Made by a program: the position numbers and the translations under genes. Below, one piece after another: positions 40,101 through 52,377 of a DNA stretch of 64,000 bases (position 1 is the stretch's first letter; each line of letters starts with the position of its first letter). The notes beneath the pieces are model-generated. The model was not told the origin of the DNA and did not search any database. It saw only the letters and a program-made list of their open reading frames with translations. This stretch comes from Saccostrea cucullata (lineage: Eukaryota): positions 1 through 64,000 of the forward strand of contig NW_026919467.1 in NCBI RefSeq assembly GCF_032062105.1. The letters are read 5' to 3'.

Positions 40101-40526
40101 TTACAAGTTGTAGAGAGTCACTTATTGCTTCAGCCTTGATCTGTAAAAAAGGGAAAATATACCTTCTTGTGTCATTAATTGAAAAGTGGATATATTCTTA
40201 AAATCATACAAAAGCATCATCATAATTAGCATACAGTTATATACGCCACTGAATTTCCCATTTGACCTCCTCTTAGATCCGCCTCATTCGTAACTACTTG
40301 GCCATTTCCGTGAACGTTCGGAAAATGGCCGAGTAGTTACGAATGAGATCCGCCTCACAGTATTTTTTTATATTTAGATCGGGGTCAAGATTTTTTTTTT
40401 GTCTTAACACTAATAATTTGTCAAGTAACATACAGTTTAAATGCAGCTATATAATAAAATGCATTCACCTACTTGTTGTGTGCTAAAATCAAATCCCAGA
40501 AACAACCGATCTTCACCAGCATCCAT
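25774..40526 (-). CDS. XYLB: Xylulose kinase, copy A (FGGY family); exons 6-10 deleted, so truncated or a recent pseudogene
   Basis: Manually spliced GT-AG exons: 40473-40526 (MDAGEDRLFLGFDFSTQQ), 40058-40140, 39762-39831 (THGGVH..PTIMWVK), 34572-34652 (ISGAGQ), 32668-32754 (QNGSVYW), 31346-31386, 30520-30635 (ISLGSSDT), 30159-30274 (FKNGSLTRE), 29911-29984, 29330-29426 (EVRAVIEGQ), 28900-28958 (ILATGGAS), 28294-28381, 26735-26820, 25774-25842 (stop). The motifs match the animal XYLB sequence as I recall it. Confidence 0.9.
26322..26621. mobile_element. PIF/Harbinger-type MITE
   Basis: TAA|GGCCAAGATAAATA ... TATTTATCTAAGCC|TAA; not seen in the same intron of copy B. Confidence 0.7.
27236..28077. 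mobile_element. Non-autonomous mariner element
   Basis: TA|CGAGGGTCATTCAAAAAG ... TTTTTGAATGACCTTCG|TA. The first 20 bp are identical to the TIR of the mariner ending at 23584. Absent from copy B. Confidence 0.88.
28080..28290. repeat. Degenerate 14-bp minisatellite (TACACTACTGAGTA), continuing at ~27050-27233
   Basis: Read directly; paralogous array at ~49200-49545. Confidence 0.85.
28375..28790. repeat. Degenerate 15-bp minisatellite (GATATAACCTAGAAT)
   Basis: Read directly; paralogous array at ~49634-49830. Confidence 0.85.
31894..32368 (+). mobile_element. 5' portion of a HINE-type element with ~165-bp internal repeats
   Basis: AACAAGAGATGTTTGTAAAACACTTATGCCCC start; repeated TAAGTCCAAGGG.CATAACTC units; absent from copy B. 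Confidence 0.7.
36044..37113 (+). mobile_element. Intact HINE (Helentron-associated) element carrying ~166-170-bp satellite monomers
   Basis: AACAAGAGGCCCATGGGCCACATCGCTCACCTGAG start. TTCTTGAGAAGAAGATTTTTAAA at ~36165, 36335, 36503, 36669 and 36835. (GACA)n tract, then terminal hairpin AGCTCACTTGAGCT-TTC-AGCTCAGGTGAGCT. Empty site in copy B at ~58253. Confidence 0.9.
37133..39486. mobile_element. Non-autonomous mariner element with a nested insertion
   Basis: TA|CGAGGTTTGATCCAAACGTAATGTCAC ... GTGACATTACTTTTGGATCAACCCTCG|TA; empty site in copy B at ~58273. Confidence 0.82.
37685..38610. mobile_element. Kolobok-type MITE (TTAA TSD, RR terminus)
   Basis: TTAA|GGTAAGTCACTCGTCA ... TGACGAGTGACTTACC|TTAA; 16-bp perfect TIRs. 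Confidence 0.82.
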
Positions 40527-43338
40527 TGTTTACTGTCAACTGAAAACTGGGTCATCCTACGATTAGACCGTCCCCTAGTCGCTGAATCCCAGGGCAAGCG
40601 GTAAATCTAGTCTTCCCGACTCCGGACGGTCCCGGATTTTGGATTTTTAGCTATTTCTTTTTGACATGTGCACATAATTTATTTTCAAAACTTTTCAGGA
40701 GCATTTTATTGGTTTCTAGGTTTTAAGTTTGAATTAATTCACTTATGCAAAAAAAACTTCAGGAAACACGCGCATTTAATATAAATCTGTCTTTTTTCTT
40801 AAATTTAGATATTTAATTTATTTTGTTTATCATGCTTTATACACACGAGATGATTAATGTTTTTATTTTAAATTAAAAAAAAAAACAATTTGAATTATCT
40901 ATGTGCTAAGTGTAAAATTCAATTTGCATTGATTGTTTTAATTCAGAAAAAAAAATAGGTCCATCATTAACAAGCTTTATGCAAACAGGTTTGTTGAATT
41001 ACTTATCAGTCATTAAAGCGCAAAATTTCACTTTATATTTGACGCCGATTATATGGTAGAAGGTAGAAAATGGTCAGGATTATTAAACACAGTGATTACT
41101 TAGCTCAAGAAATATTTTTTATTACCATTTTTCTTTCTATCTCTTTTTTTCCCCTTTTTTATTCAATAAGATGAGATTTTTTTTTATGCATCCGATTATA
41201 TAATTGGGGAAAATATCAACAAAAAATTGAGGATGTAATCAAATAAATCAAAATACAATTTGCATTTTTAACATCGATAAGCAGCTAGCTAAGTAAGCTT
41301 TAATTTCTTCATTCAAAATCTGCTGATTAAGTTGCATTGTTATCATTACGATATTGTTATAACCTCTTGAAATAGAAACATAACATTTTATTGATTCAAA
41401 CTTTTCCCACATTGTCAAAAAATTTCGTTAATAAATAACCATGCCGATCTGAATATATTAGAGGTGCCCTTTCAGTGAACAATATCAACTGTTTGGCCTC
41501 CACCCCCTTCCCTGTTACAACGTATTTTATTAAAATTCGGTACCTGAATTTATATCAGTCGTCATTTTATGTAAATCTTGATTGATTATCTCAAAATATC
41601 AAAAACAGTAAGAAGTAAACGCTGTTTTCATATGCATGTAGCATGCATTTTGTGAACAGAAAATTAAATAAACTGTACAACATTTTTTAGTGTCTCGATC
41701 AATCGTTTGTAGAAATTCTTTCTCTGCTTGATAAAATTGATATTTCGGGGTTTTTTTTTACTGACAATGTTATCATGCACATTTATTATAACAACTTAGT
41801 TTTAAAGTGCAGTCTTCACCCCATCCACTTTCTGTTGCAGTAAGATCGAACCATTCCATGTTTTTTCTGTTGAAAATACGTGTATAGAATGCCTGCCCTA
41901 TCCGACTTATGTTAAACTTTATCGAAGTTTTAGGTATTTTTTTTTTACTTGTTATGCCCTCCCCCTTTACATACACACTCTCCAAATTGCTTAGCGCTTG
42001 CATGATTATTGCTGTCATTGCCTCAGCGCTTTGATAATTAAAAAAAAAACTATTTGGGGCTTATTATAGTTAAAATTAAAACAGAACAATCAATAAAACT
42101 CAACATAAAAAGGGGCAGCACAGATACTAGTATACCCATGTCAACATTATCAACAACCAAGAGAAAGTTAGGGGGTTCCATGTATCTTTGTATTTTTTCC
42201 CACATTCAATTTGATTTAGTAAAGTGCAGAAATTAATTTTGAATCTTCATCATTTCAAATTAAATTATATGATATCAGTGTGACAGCAAAGTTTGGATTG
42301 ATTTATATAATAATTATGGAAAACATTGCAAAATGAATATACGGTTTTGGTGTGCTGAGACGTCGCGCGTAGTACTGGGGTTTGAAATTGCGTAACTTGT
42401 AACACTGTAAACGACGGGTGTTAGTATTTTTGGTCATTTTATCATTTTGGCTACGTGGATTTTTCTGATAATTTGTACCAAGCTTCTATAACTTCCTGTG
42501 ATGATGTCACATAACATTCATTAATAAATTTCTAATTTACGGACTGTTCAGACTGTTCGTAAAATAAGAAGCGTTCCGTAATATGCCGAAATCTTGACAA
42601 GTTACAAGAAAAGATAGAATGTTTGATAAACATTTTTTACTATATGACAGGTTCTTTTTGTAAAACTAAGTTGATAAATGAAATGTGCAAATCAAGAAGT
42701 AGTCAAATGTTTCTTTAAAAAATTATAAACAAGCAGTAGGGGAGATTAATAGAGCGATTTTGATGTCTAGTCAGTTTTGTTACTACGACACAAATAAGCG
42801 TATTTTTGTATCTAACCGGGCGTATAACACCAATGTGAGCTGTATTCTTTATTTACTGGGAAAACTTTTAACAGATAAAATATTATTTTTAAAATGTGCA
42901 AATTAATAAAATTTTGTTTTTAAAGAAACATTAAAAAGTAAGACATTTTTAAGAAAACAGGAGCAAAAATTGAATGTCTAGTCTGATTTGTTACGCCGTG
43001 AATTTTTGACGTTTTTACGCTTAAACGACATATGCAATAACGTCAGAAAAGTATATTTTGACGTTACAAAATCAGCCCCAATTGTGTGCGCGACGTCTTT
43101 GCGAAAAGAATAATTGAAGACTTCTTGGGAAATATTTTTTGAAATTTAATTTTTTTTAGTTAAAAATTTTCTATCAAATTAAAAATTTTCTATCATAATA
43201 TTAACAATTTTCTATCAAACCAGCTTTTTCATTATCCCAAAATCTATAATATATTTGTATAAAAAGAGGAACAAATGAAATACCCTAAATTTATGTGAAT
43301 TTACACTATTTTTATCTTGCAAAATTAAATTGAATATA

Positions 43339-44210
43339 ACATGAGGCCCGTGGGCCACATCGCTCACCTGAGTAGCTTTCACAATGCTGTTCTTTATCAG
43401 ATGCCCCCTTGTAATACCTACAGTAAAAATCGATTAGAACACGGACATTGTGAATTCATGGATTTAGCGAAGTTAGCTTGGATCCCCATCTACATGTACA
43501 TGTATATAAATTTAACGAATTCCTTATAAGATATAACGAATTACGAATATAGTGGACTAATTTCGTAGGTCCCAGAGACTTTGTTATAAACAAGTTTTTT
43601 TGTATTGTGACCCCCCCCCTACCCCAGGGGTCATAATTTGGACAATTTAAAATCTGCACTACACCAGGATGTTTAAACAAAAGTTTAACTTTTTCCGACC
43701 CAGTAGTTTCCGAGAAGAAGATTTAAAGAAAAAATCTATATATTTTAATGTATAAATTTGGTTTCCTATTGTGGCGCCACCCTACCCCCGGGGTCATGAT
43801 TTGAACAATTTAGAATGTACACTACATTAGGATGCTTTAACACAAGTTTCAGCTTTTCTGGCCCAGTGCTTCTTGAGAAGATTTTTAAAAGATTTTTAAT
43901 ATTTATTTTTAGGTAAAACTTTGATTCCCTATTGTAGCCCCGCCCAACACCAGGGGGTCATGATTTGAAGAATTTAAAATCTACAATACCCCAAGATGCT
44001 TCCACATACTTTTCAGCTTTCCTGGCTCTGTGGTTCTTGAAAAGAGGATTTTTTTAATGACCCTACCCTATTTTTGTCTTTTCTTGATTATCTCCCCTTG
44101 TGAAGAGAATTGCCCTTCATTTTAACAATTTAAATTCCCCTTTCCCAAGGATACTATACCAAGTTTGATTACTATTGGACCAGTGGTTCTTCAGAAGAAG
44201 TGGAAAATGT
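43339..44210 (+). mobile_element. Second HINE copy with ~166-bp satellite units, interrupted by a small TA-CAGT MITE (~43420-43592)
   Basis: ACATGAGGCCCGTGGGCCACATCGCTCACCTGAG start; units homologous to those in 36044-37113; 3' end missing. Confidence 0.75.
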
Positions 44211-45031
44211 CCTCGAAATTAAACAATTTTTTAAAAAAAATAATGTAATGTAAAATAATCATGATTACATAAAGGAAAAGTAATCAGATGAAATTGATTA
44301 CTTTAAAAAATGGTTGTAATCAACTTGTAATCAATTACGTTTAAATTCCAAAGTAATTGTAATATAATCAATTTCTTTTGAAAGTAATTGACCCCATCCC
44401 TGATGGTAATCGGTTAGTCGAAAAAAAAAATTATTTTTAGATTTGTATACAATTTTCTAAAATGGGAACTTTGGGTATAAAAGTTGAAATTTTATGGGGT
44501 TTTACACATCTTTAAAATTAAGCTTATTTTGAAGTAAGTATGGCTCTCGAAATAAAAAAAAAGAATTTTATAAATGTTAACGTTTCTTATCCCTTAATTT
44601 TTTAGTCTTAAGAATAGAGCCTCATATTGTAGATGAAAATAAAAATGTCAAAAAACTTTGTATTATGATACCATAATTAATTGGTTGGAACGTCTCGCAT
44701 TTCACCGATTATCAATTCTGAAATGGATTGTCTAATAAAAACAATACATAAAAATAAGTACAGTACCATGAATCTCTAACAAGGCTGAAGCTCTCTTGAT
44801 TTCTACTTAAAACAAAGGGAGGAAAAAGATTACGTTGTAAGTACTTACATTTAATACAAATTCTTGATATGTCAGTTATAAGAGGCTAATGGGCTGCAAT
44901 GCTAACCCCCGAGTCAATTTAGCCCTGCTGCTCTGAAACTTTCCCCTACATACATGTTTTTTTACCCCCCACATAACATTTAAACACATTATTCGCATGT
45001 CTATCTGTCCATCTGTCACAAAACCCGAAAA

Positions 45032-47046
45032 CAGTACCCGCATCGTTATTCTTTACAGGATACACGATACGATAGGATGATACGATAGGATAACGATAGG
45101 ATACACGCACGATAGGACAGGATACACGCACGATAGGATAAACGCAAAACACGATAAACGCAAAACACGATACACGCAAAACACGATAAACGCAAAACAC
45201 GATAGACCTGATAAACGATCTTCACGATAGGATAAACGCAAAACCTGATAGGATTGTTTCAAAATGCGGAACGTTTTCTGACAAGACGAAAAGATTATTT
45301 TGAATTAAATTTAAAGATTAAAGATTATTTAAATTAAATTATATTTTAATTTAAATACTTGCAGAGCTTCAAATCTAAACTATAACGTACATTTAATTAT
45401 TTATAAAAAGTACCTGAGATCTCTGTATTAATTTTACAAAATTTGTTTATTTATATATATAAATATATAATTGACAGTGATTAAATGGTTTTTTATGAAA
45501 TGGAGACTGTGTTTTTTTTTTAATTTCTTCTCAAGGGTGTGAATTTTGAAACTCTATAAACAGATTTATTATTTATGAAAAATATACATTTTAATTTTCT
45601 ATCTAATGAATTTATCTACAAGTACCAAGTTATTTCACGGAAGAAATTTACGCAATGAATTAAATATTTTTATTTAATGTCTAAAGCTTACAATCTGCGA
45701 TGCATCCATAAATCGCAATTAAATATTAATATCTTAGAAAATAATACAAGTAGAAGACCGGCCGAAAGAAAGGTTTAACGGCTTTAACAAAATTAATAAA
45801 TTTAACATGATAGATCTATCAAGAACGAAACAGTTCAAGGAAATTAAATTTCCTAAATAGGAATCTAAATCTCGTATTTATTTACGAACATTGAATGATT
45901 AAATACTTTCTTCTTTACAATACAAAACAGAAAAAAATAATTAACTAATATTAAAAGATTGAAATGCGACTTTTCCGACTAAATAATTATAAATCATTGC
46001 TATTAAACTCTGTGTGTACTGTTTCTAATAACAACAAAAAATAGATTTAATTCGGCAAATGAATTATTAAACCTTAAAAATCATTTTACACTGACCCGGT
46101 AATCTCATATTAGGCATATTCGAAGGGCCGAACATATACGGCCAAAATCCTTCTTAAAATCATCTGGACCATTGTCTTATGTTATATTATATTTGTATCA
46201 TCAAGACTTTAAATAACTGTGCATACATGGAGGTCAGACGCGTAAACATATGGTCTAACGATATCAGACGATAAACTAGGAAAAACAGAATATTGCATGA
46301 AAAAAAGATACATTTCAATATCCTGCTTATTATTTATTTATTTGCTTTTTGTGTACGGGAACATCGTAGCTTACCAAAAATATTTCTCCGGTCACTCCGA
46401 TTCATTTGAGAAAATCATATTAATAGTATTTAATTTTGACAAAATAAATCATACAATTCGATAAATTATTTTTTAAAGAAATAGACCAAATCAACCTACT
46501 TATAATTTTATTTCCGAAAAATAGAGTTACTGTTTAAATTTTGACAATTACTCTCTGCTTTACCATGATATAATCATTTTATTTATTTAATTAATTATGT
46601 ATTAATAAATCAATTTATTCATTCATGAAATACACGTTCCTTCTACGCTTTAATATTTCTCATATTGATGAAAAAGAAAGGGATAAATCTTTATTTTCTC
46701 TTTTTCGGTTTAATTAATCTTATTTTTATTAACAAAACGAAAAAGAAACTCGGAATAGCTCAATAGTTTCTTTACATAGTAAAGATAAAAAGCGAGGGTT
46801 TCCGAATATACACGATAAACGCAAAACACGATACACGATAGAACCTGATAAACGATCTACACGATAAACGCAAAACACGATAAACGGAACACACGATAGA
46901 AAACGCAAAACCTGATAAACGGAAAACACGATACGATAGGATAAGATAGGATACACGCACGATACGATAGGATACACGCACGATGCGATAGGATACACGC
47001 ACGATAGAACACGATAGAATTGTAAAGAATAACGATGCGAGTACTG
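45032..47046. mobile_element. 2-kb non-autonomous TIR element with subterminal repeat arrays
   Basis: 26-bp TIR CAGTACCCGCATCGTTATTCTTTACA / TGTAAAGAATAACGATGCGAGTACTG. Arrays of CACGATAAACGCAAAA and GATAGGATACACGCAC at 45058-45255 and 46810-47020. Confidence 0.85.
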
Positions 47047-50000
47047 TAATAACTTTTGAATAAGAAGAGATGCATGCAGGGCTATCATATTCCACATGTA
47101 CATTACATTTTCCGAAAAACTAAGATTTTTGACCAATAACCTTAACTTTAAATTGGTCTATTTTGGCCCGATTCTACCATTGGTCTTGATATGAAGAGCT
47201 ACATGTAATTTACAATTTATACTAACTCAGGAAGCTTCCTCATATACTGTTCAGTTCGGTTCTTGAAAAGAAGATTTTTCCTATACTAGTATGTCAATGT
47301 AAAACTTGAATTATCTATTGTGACTCCACCTTTCCCAGGGATGGGGGGCATGATTTGACAAATTAGAATCTACACTACCTCAGGAAGTATCCACCTAAGT
47401 TTCAGCATTTCTAGTCCAGTGTTTCTTGGTAAGAATTTTTTTAATAAGTAACCATAGCAATGCCATTCATTGAAATAAATCAAAAACCAATGATTAGAAA
47501 AAGTATTTTAGTTTACTCTTCTTGTGAGCTAAGTTATATTGAATTCAGAAAATAAAATGTAGGAGTAGTAACAACTCGGAGGTATTCCATACAGAATCCT
47601 ACTTTTAGTTACCATAGCAACACCGTTCACTGGGTGACAAAAAACAATGTAGGAATGATAGCGTACTTTACTTGTGTGAGAAGTTATATTGACATAAAAC
47701 TAAAACAGAAGGACTGGAATTTTGAAAAAAAGTTTACAGATTGAAAAAGGACACTTTACCATCGCATAAGCTTTTCTGGTATCTGACCGATAGAGCTAAT
47801 AAAAGCATCAGGCAAAATATGTTAATTATCTTATGAATATCATTATAACAAACTTAAAAACATAACGAACTTTTAACAAAGGAACTGAAATCTCTTTAAA
47901 AAGATCACAGTCACAAGGAAATGATGACAGCAGGCACATAACATCATCGATCAGGGGATGGGGCCCATTTCCAGATATAATCATTTTACTATTAAAATGC
48001 TCATTGAAAAAGCTATGTACATGAAGCTCCAGTTGGTTTTAAAAAAATAAAACCTCATTTCTGTAGGATTCATGAACTAAACATTGAACTAGGATTCCAG
48101 GAAAAATGTGCAATCAATTTATTGCCCATCATAGGATGAGCTATGGTACATAATTCATTTAACATAAACAATGGAGTGATCCATCACAATTACATAACAA
48201 TGAATTAATTTATACAAGAAGGAGATAGCACCAAATGTAATTAAAAGGGGATTCAGCTACCATAATTAATGACCAGACTAATTAATGCTGCACATCTCTC
48301 TGCTACTGTTGGTTGGCCACTTCTCGCTCTAATTTTCTGTACCTCAAACTCATTTCCTTATAGACCTAAAAGATAGAAACACATACAATTTTAAGTCTTG
48401 TAAAGAATGGTTTCTAGATGCAATGTAAATACTCAGGTGACAACAAGTAAAGATTCTTATGATATAATTACTCGGTGCATGTGTTCAAATGTATGTATCA
48501 TAATTAAAGAGGTACATGTATTTTTAAAGCAAGACAAAATTTTCACGAATTATGGTAATCGCCCTTTATAATCTTTAACAATACTTAAGTGAAGCAAGAA
48601 TGATATTTTCAGAAGCAGAGTGTCTTGCCTAATTAACCAAAAAAAGTTCTTGCTCCAAAAAAGTGATTTACAGTATCGTTTACAAGACAGACACCGTTTA
48701 TCATGCTTATAACGATAGACACAAAATCGTCTGTCCCAACACTTCGTGTGGGCGTGTTTTACTGTATTCAGTACACTCCCAACCCCAAAAATTTGTTTTC
48801 ATGGGGTATAACTATTGTTGATTCATTAATTTACAAACCTCACTAGCGCCCTCTGTGGGGACTGCCACACACTCAGGTCGGTGGTGGTTCTTAACAACAT
48901 CCGAGAAATCACAACCATCGAGTCCTGTAAAATAAACCATACACTACCAACAAGACAACTGAAGATAAGGTTGTTTATTTTGACAAGCTGAAAGATGTTC
49001 TTATTCTTCATTTTCTATTTGCATAAGTTAAAAATCCTTATTTACTAAGATTACAAAAATTTATCAAATTAATTTTATAAAATTTTTGGATCAAACTTTT
49101 TTTTCCATTTATAACATACATTTGAATTTAAATATAGATGTTGATGGAGATGGGAAGAGATGGGAAGTTTGCATGATTAGTGCACTTCCCTCTTTGTAAA
49201 CACTACTTAGAATACACTTCTGAGCATACGCTACCTAGCAGACACTTTTGAGTATACACTAACAAGATAAAGTATACATTTTTGAGTAAAACAATTGAAT
49301 ATATAAATTAAACACGACAGAGATTACATTACTGAGTTAAGATAATTGAGTATACACTATATAGTTAAGAGTTCACATTACTGAGTATACACTGTTGAGT
49401 ATACATTATCGAGTATACATTTCTAACTATAAAACATATACTACTGAGTATACGTTACTAAAGTATAAATTGCTGAGTAAAAACTTTACACAGGTAAGTA
49501 TACACTACTGAGCATACACTTTTGAAAGTATCCTCCTGAGTATACTCACCATGTTTAGCTCGGTAACAGGATCGAGCCAAGGCCAGCTGAGTTTGGAATA
49601 TCACTAACATAAACAGGTGCCCCAAACACATCTGATATAACCTAGAATTATATAACCTACATTGATAAAACCTAGAATTATATAACCAACATTGATATAA
49701 ACTAGAATGATGTAACCTAGAATGATACATGTAAAACCCAGAGAGATAAAACCATGAATTATATAACCCAATGATACAATCTAGACTGATAAAAACTACA
49801 ATGATGTGACCTTGCATGATATAACCTGTTAATTGAAAAGACTGGTTAACCTACAACGTACAATTTATTGTGCTGCAATGTAAACTTTAAGTATAATTTT
49901 GGAATTTTTTCTTTTATCTAGTATGAAGATGGCAAAATTAAACTAATCTCAAATTAGATTGCAAAACAATAGATTGCACATGTACATTGTAGGTAAATCA

Positions 50001-50191
50001 GAGAGGAATGTTATTCTTACTGTGCAGTCCTTTGTAATATATGGCTTTTTGTTACTGTTTGGTTATAAAACCAATGCCAACAAATTCTTAAGATTTCGTC
50101 ATATGCATCTTCAAAAAACAATTATAGTTTCATAATTTCTTTGAGTAGTAGAGTATTAGATTCATATCAGACTTATCAATTAGGGTAAAAC

Positions 50192-51068
50192 TTAGTAGAG
50201 TATGCCTTGGAATCAAAAACATTTCGTAACGTGAGATAATTTGCATAACGGGCGCAAAGCCTGTTATGCATAAATTATCCCACGTTTCCAACTATATTAT
50301 TGATGCCCCTGGCATACTCTACTAACTAGACAGTGATTCCTTATATTTCCATTTCATGGTGAAATAAATTTCTAAGTTGAGATTTTAAAATGTAGACTAA
50401 TAGATTTAAATTACAAGATCGAGGCCTCCAATGTCAATTTCAATAGTCCCCGCCACAAACACAAAGAAGCTGCACAAGATTTACATGTACCTAGTATATT
50501 AGGCCTCATTAGCTCCCGACGTATCGCTAGGCGAAATTTACATGCCAAGCAAATGATTTATTAATCAAATCAACCAATTTTCAAAGATTTATAACAGAGA
50601 AATAAATAGAAATGGAAATGTATATTCATATATTTCCATTTCTAATTTTTTATCTTTGTGATAACTGTTTGAAAGCTAGCAGAGTTGATTTCTTGATAAT
50701 TCTACGGGAATGTAAATTAGGCAGATCGATAGAGCTAAGGAGGCCAAATGTGGATGTAAATCTAATACGGCTGCCTTTGTTTTTGACGTCAGTGACCGAG
50801 GACTATTGAAATTGGCATAGGAGTCCTCGTGGAATTTAAATCTTTGTCTACATCTTTAAAGATTTGAATCTACAATTTTATTTCACATTGAAATGGAAAT
50901 ATAAGGAATCATTGTCTAGTTAGTAGAGTATACCAGGGACATCAATAATATAGTTGGAAACGTGGGATACTTTATACAAAACAGGCTTTGACCATTTTGC
51001 AAATTATCCAAAGTTTCCAACTATTGTTGATTCTCTAATACTCTACTAACTAGACAGTAATTCCTTAA
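50192..51068. mobile_element. Foldback element with palindromic termini
   Basis: Each end is a hairpin of ~135 bp (TTAGTAGAGTAT...ATACTCTACTAA) and the two halves are inverted copies of each other. Absent from copy A. Confidence 0.7.
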
Positions 51069-51770
51069 ATGTCCTTGAACTTTACCTGCAGAATGGCCTT
51101 ATTGAGAGAGGCTCCACCAGTGGCCAGTATTCGGCTGTCCAGGCCTGTCAAAGGATTTAAGGAGAGTCACATGTACATGTGAAGTATGTGTACTGATTTA
51201 TTAATTTCAGAAAAATTAAGACTGATGTGACACATATAATGACATCTGCAAGGCATTAGGTCATGTTGAACAAAATTATTCCAAGATATCACATTAAATT
51301 ATATTTGAGAAAACTTTGAAAAGTGGGACCATTTACTTTCAACTGATATATGCATGAAGAACAGGTTTATAACAATTTGAAAACTTTGAAATGAACATGT
51401 AAAATATCACAACAAGGAATTTTTTAAGAAAACTTAAAAATTAATATATTTAAAAATACACAAATGTGCTTGCCCCAATGGACTTGTCATTAACATATTA
51501 TACAACTGTGCTAGTCCTAATGATCTTATTGTCAACATAAAACGCGTTACCGTTATACATCCTACCTGTGTGCATTCCTCTCATTTCCATGTACATTTTA
51601 CGAGCAATCATCTGACTTTCTATCACGGCTCGAACTTCAACTTCTGATGGGAAGGACGCCATCTAACGTACAACAAAGGTCCTTACAGTCATGTAATTAA
51701 CTCAAAAAAGAACTTTCCCTATTTTTTTCAAATCATATAGACATCTCAAAAAGCTTTTTATTTCTTAGAG

Positions 51771-52377
51771 TAGCATTTCACACAAAAATTAATTAAAAAT
51801 CTTATTTCATTTAAAAGTTATTAAAACTTTTTAAATTTTTTGGCGGGTTTGATTGACACATCCGTGCGCTTTCACAAATTTTTAGGAAAAGTGGCAATCT
51901 TGATGTGTATTAATGAAAAATATTAATACTATAATCCAGAAAATTCAGAGTAGACATGTTCGAAAGCAAAACAAACACACAATATATTGTCAGTCCGTGC
52001 AGTTGTGGTGAACAGACTTTGGCGACTGAACGCACCCAGTGAATCGTAAACATCAAACAATAACATGTTTACAAAAACCTGTGTACATAACACGAGTGTG
52101 ATCGATTCGCAAAACTCTGTACACAACGGAATGACAATATTTGTGAAGGAGTTCTGCTTTCTAACATTTCTACTCTGAATAAAATTATTTTTCTGGATTT
52201 AAGTTTTTATAATTCTCAGTAATACAAAACAAGATTGCCACTTTTTCAAAGTATTAAGAATAAATTTAAAATTTGTGAAAGTGCAAGGATGTGTCAATCA
52301 AACCCACCAAAAAATTTAAAGTTTTAATAACTTTTAAATGAAATAAAATTTTTAATTAATGTTTGTGTGAAATGCTA
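51771..52377. mobile_element. MITE with long (~150-bp) imperfect TIRs
   Basis: TAGCATTTCACACAAA...GGTTTGATTGACACATCC mirrored by GGATGTGTCAATCAAACC...TTTGTGTGAAATGCTA. Confidence 0.8.

Noticed and set aside
44946-47136. ORFs rich in IVRVSY/SCFAFIV repeats, or a CRISPR-like array
   Set aside because: They are translations of subterminal tandem arrays. There are no unique spacers or cas genes, and the context is eukaryotic.
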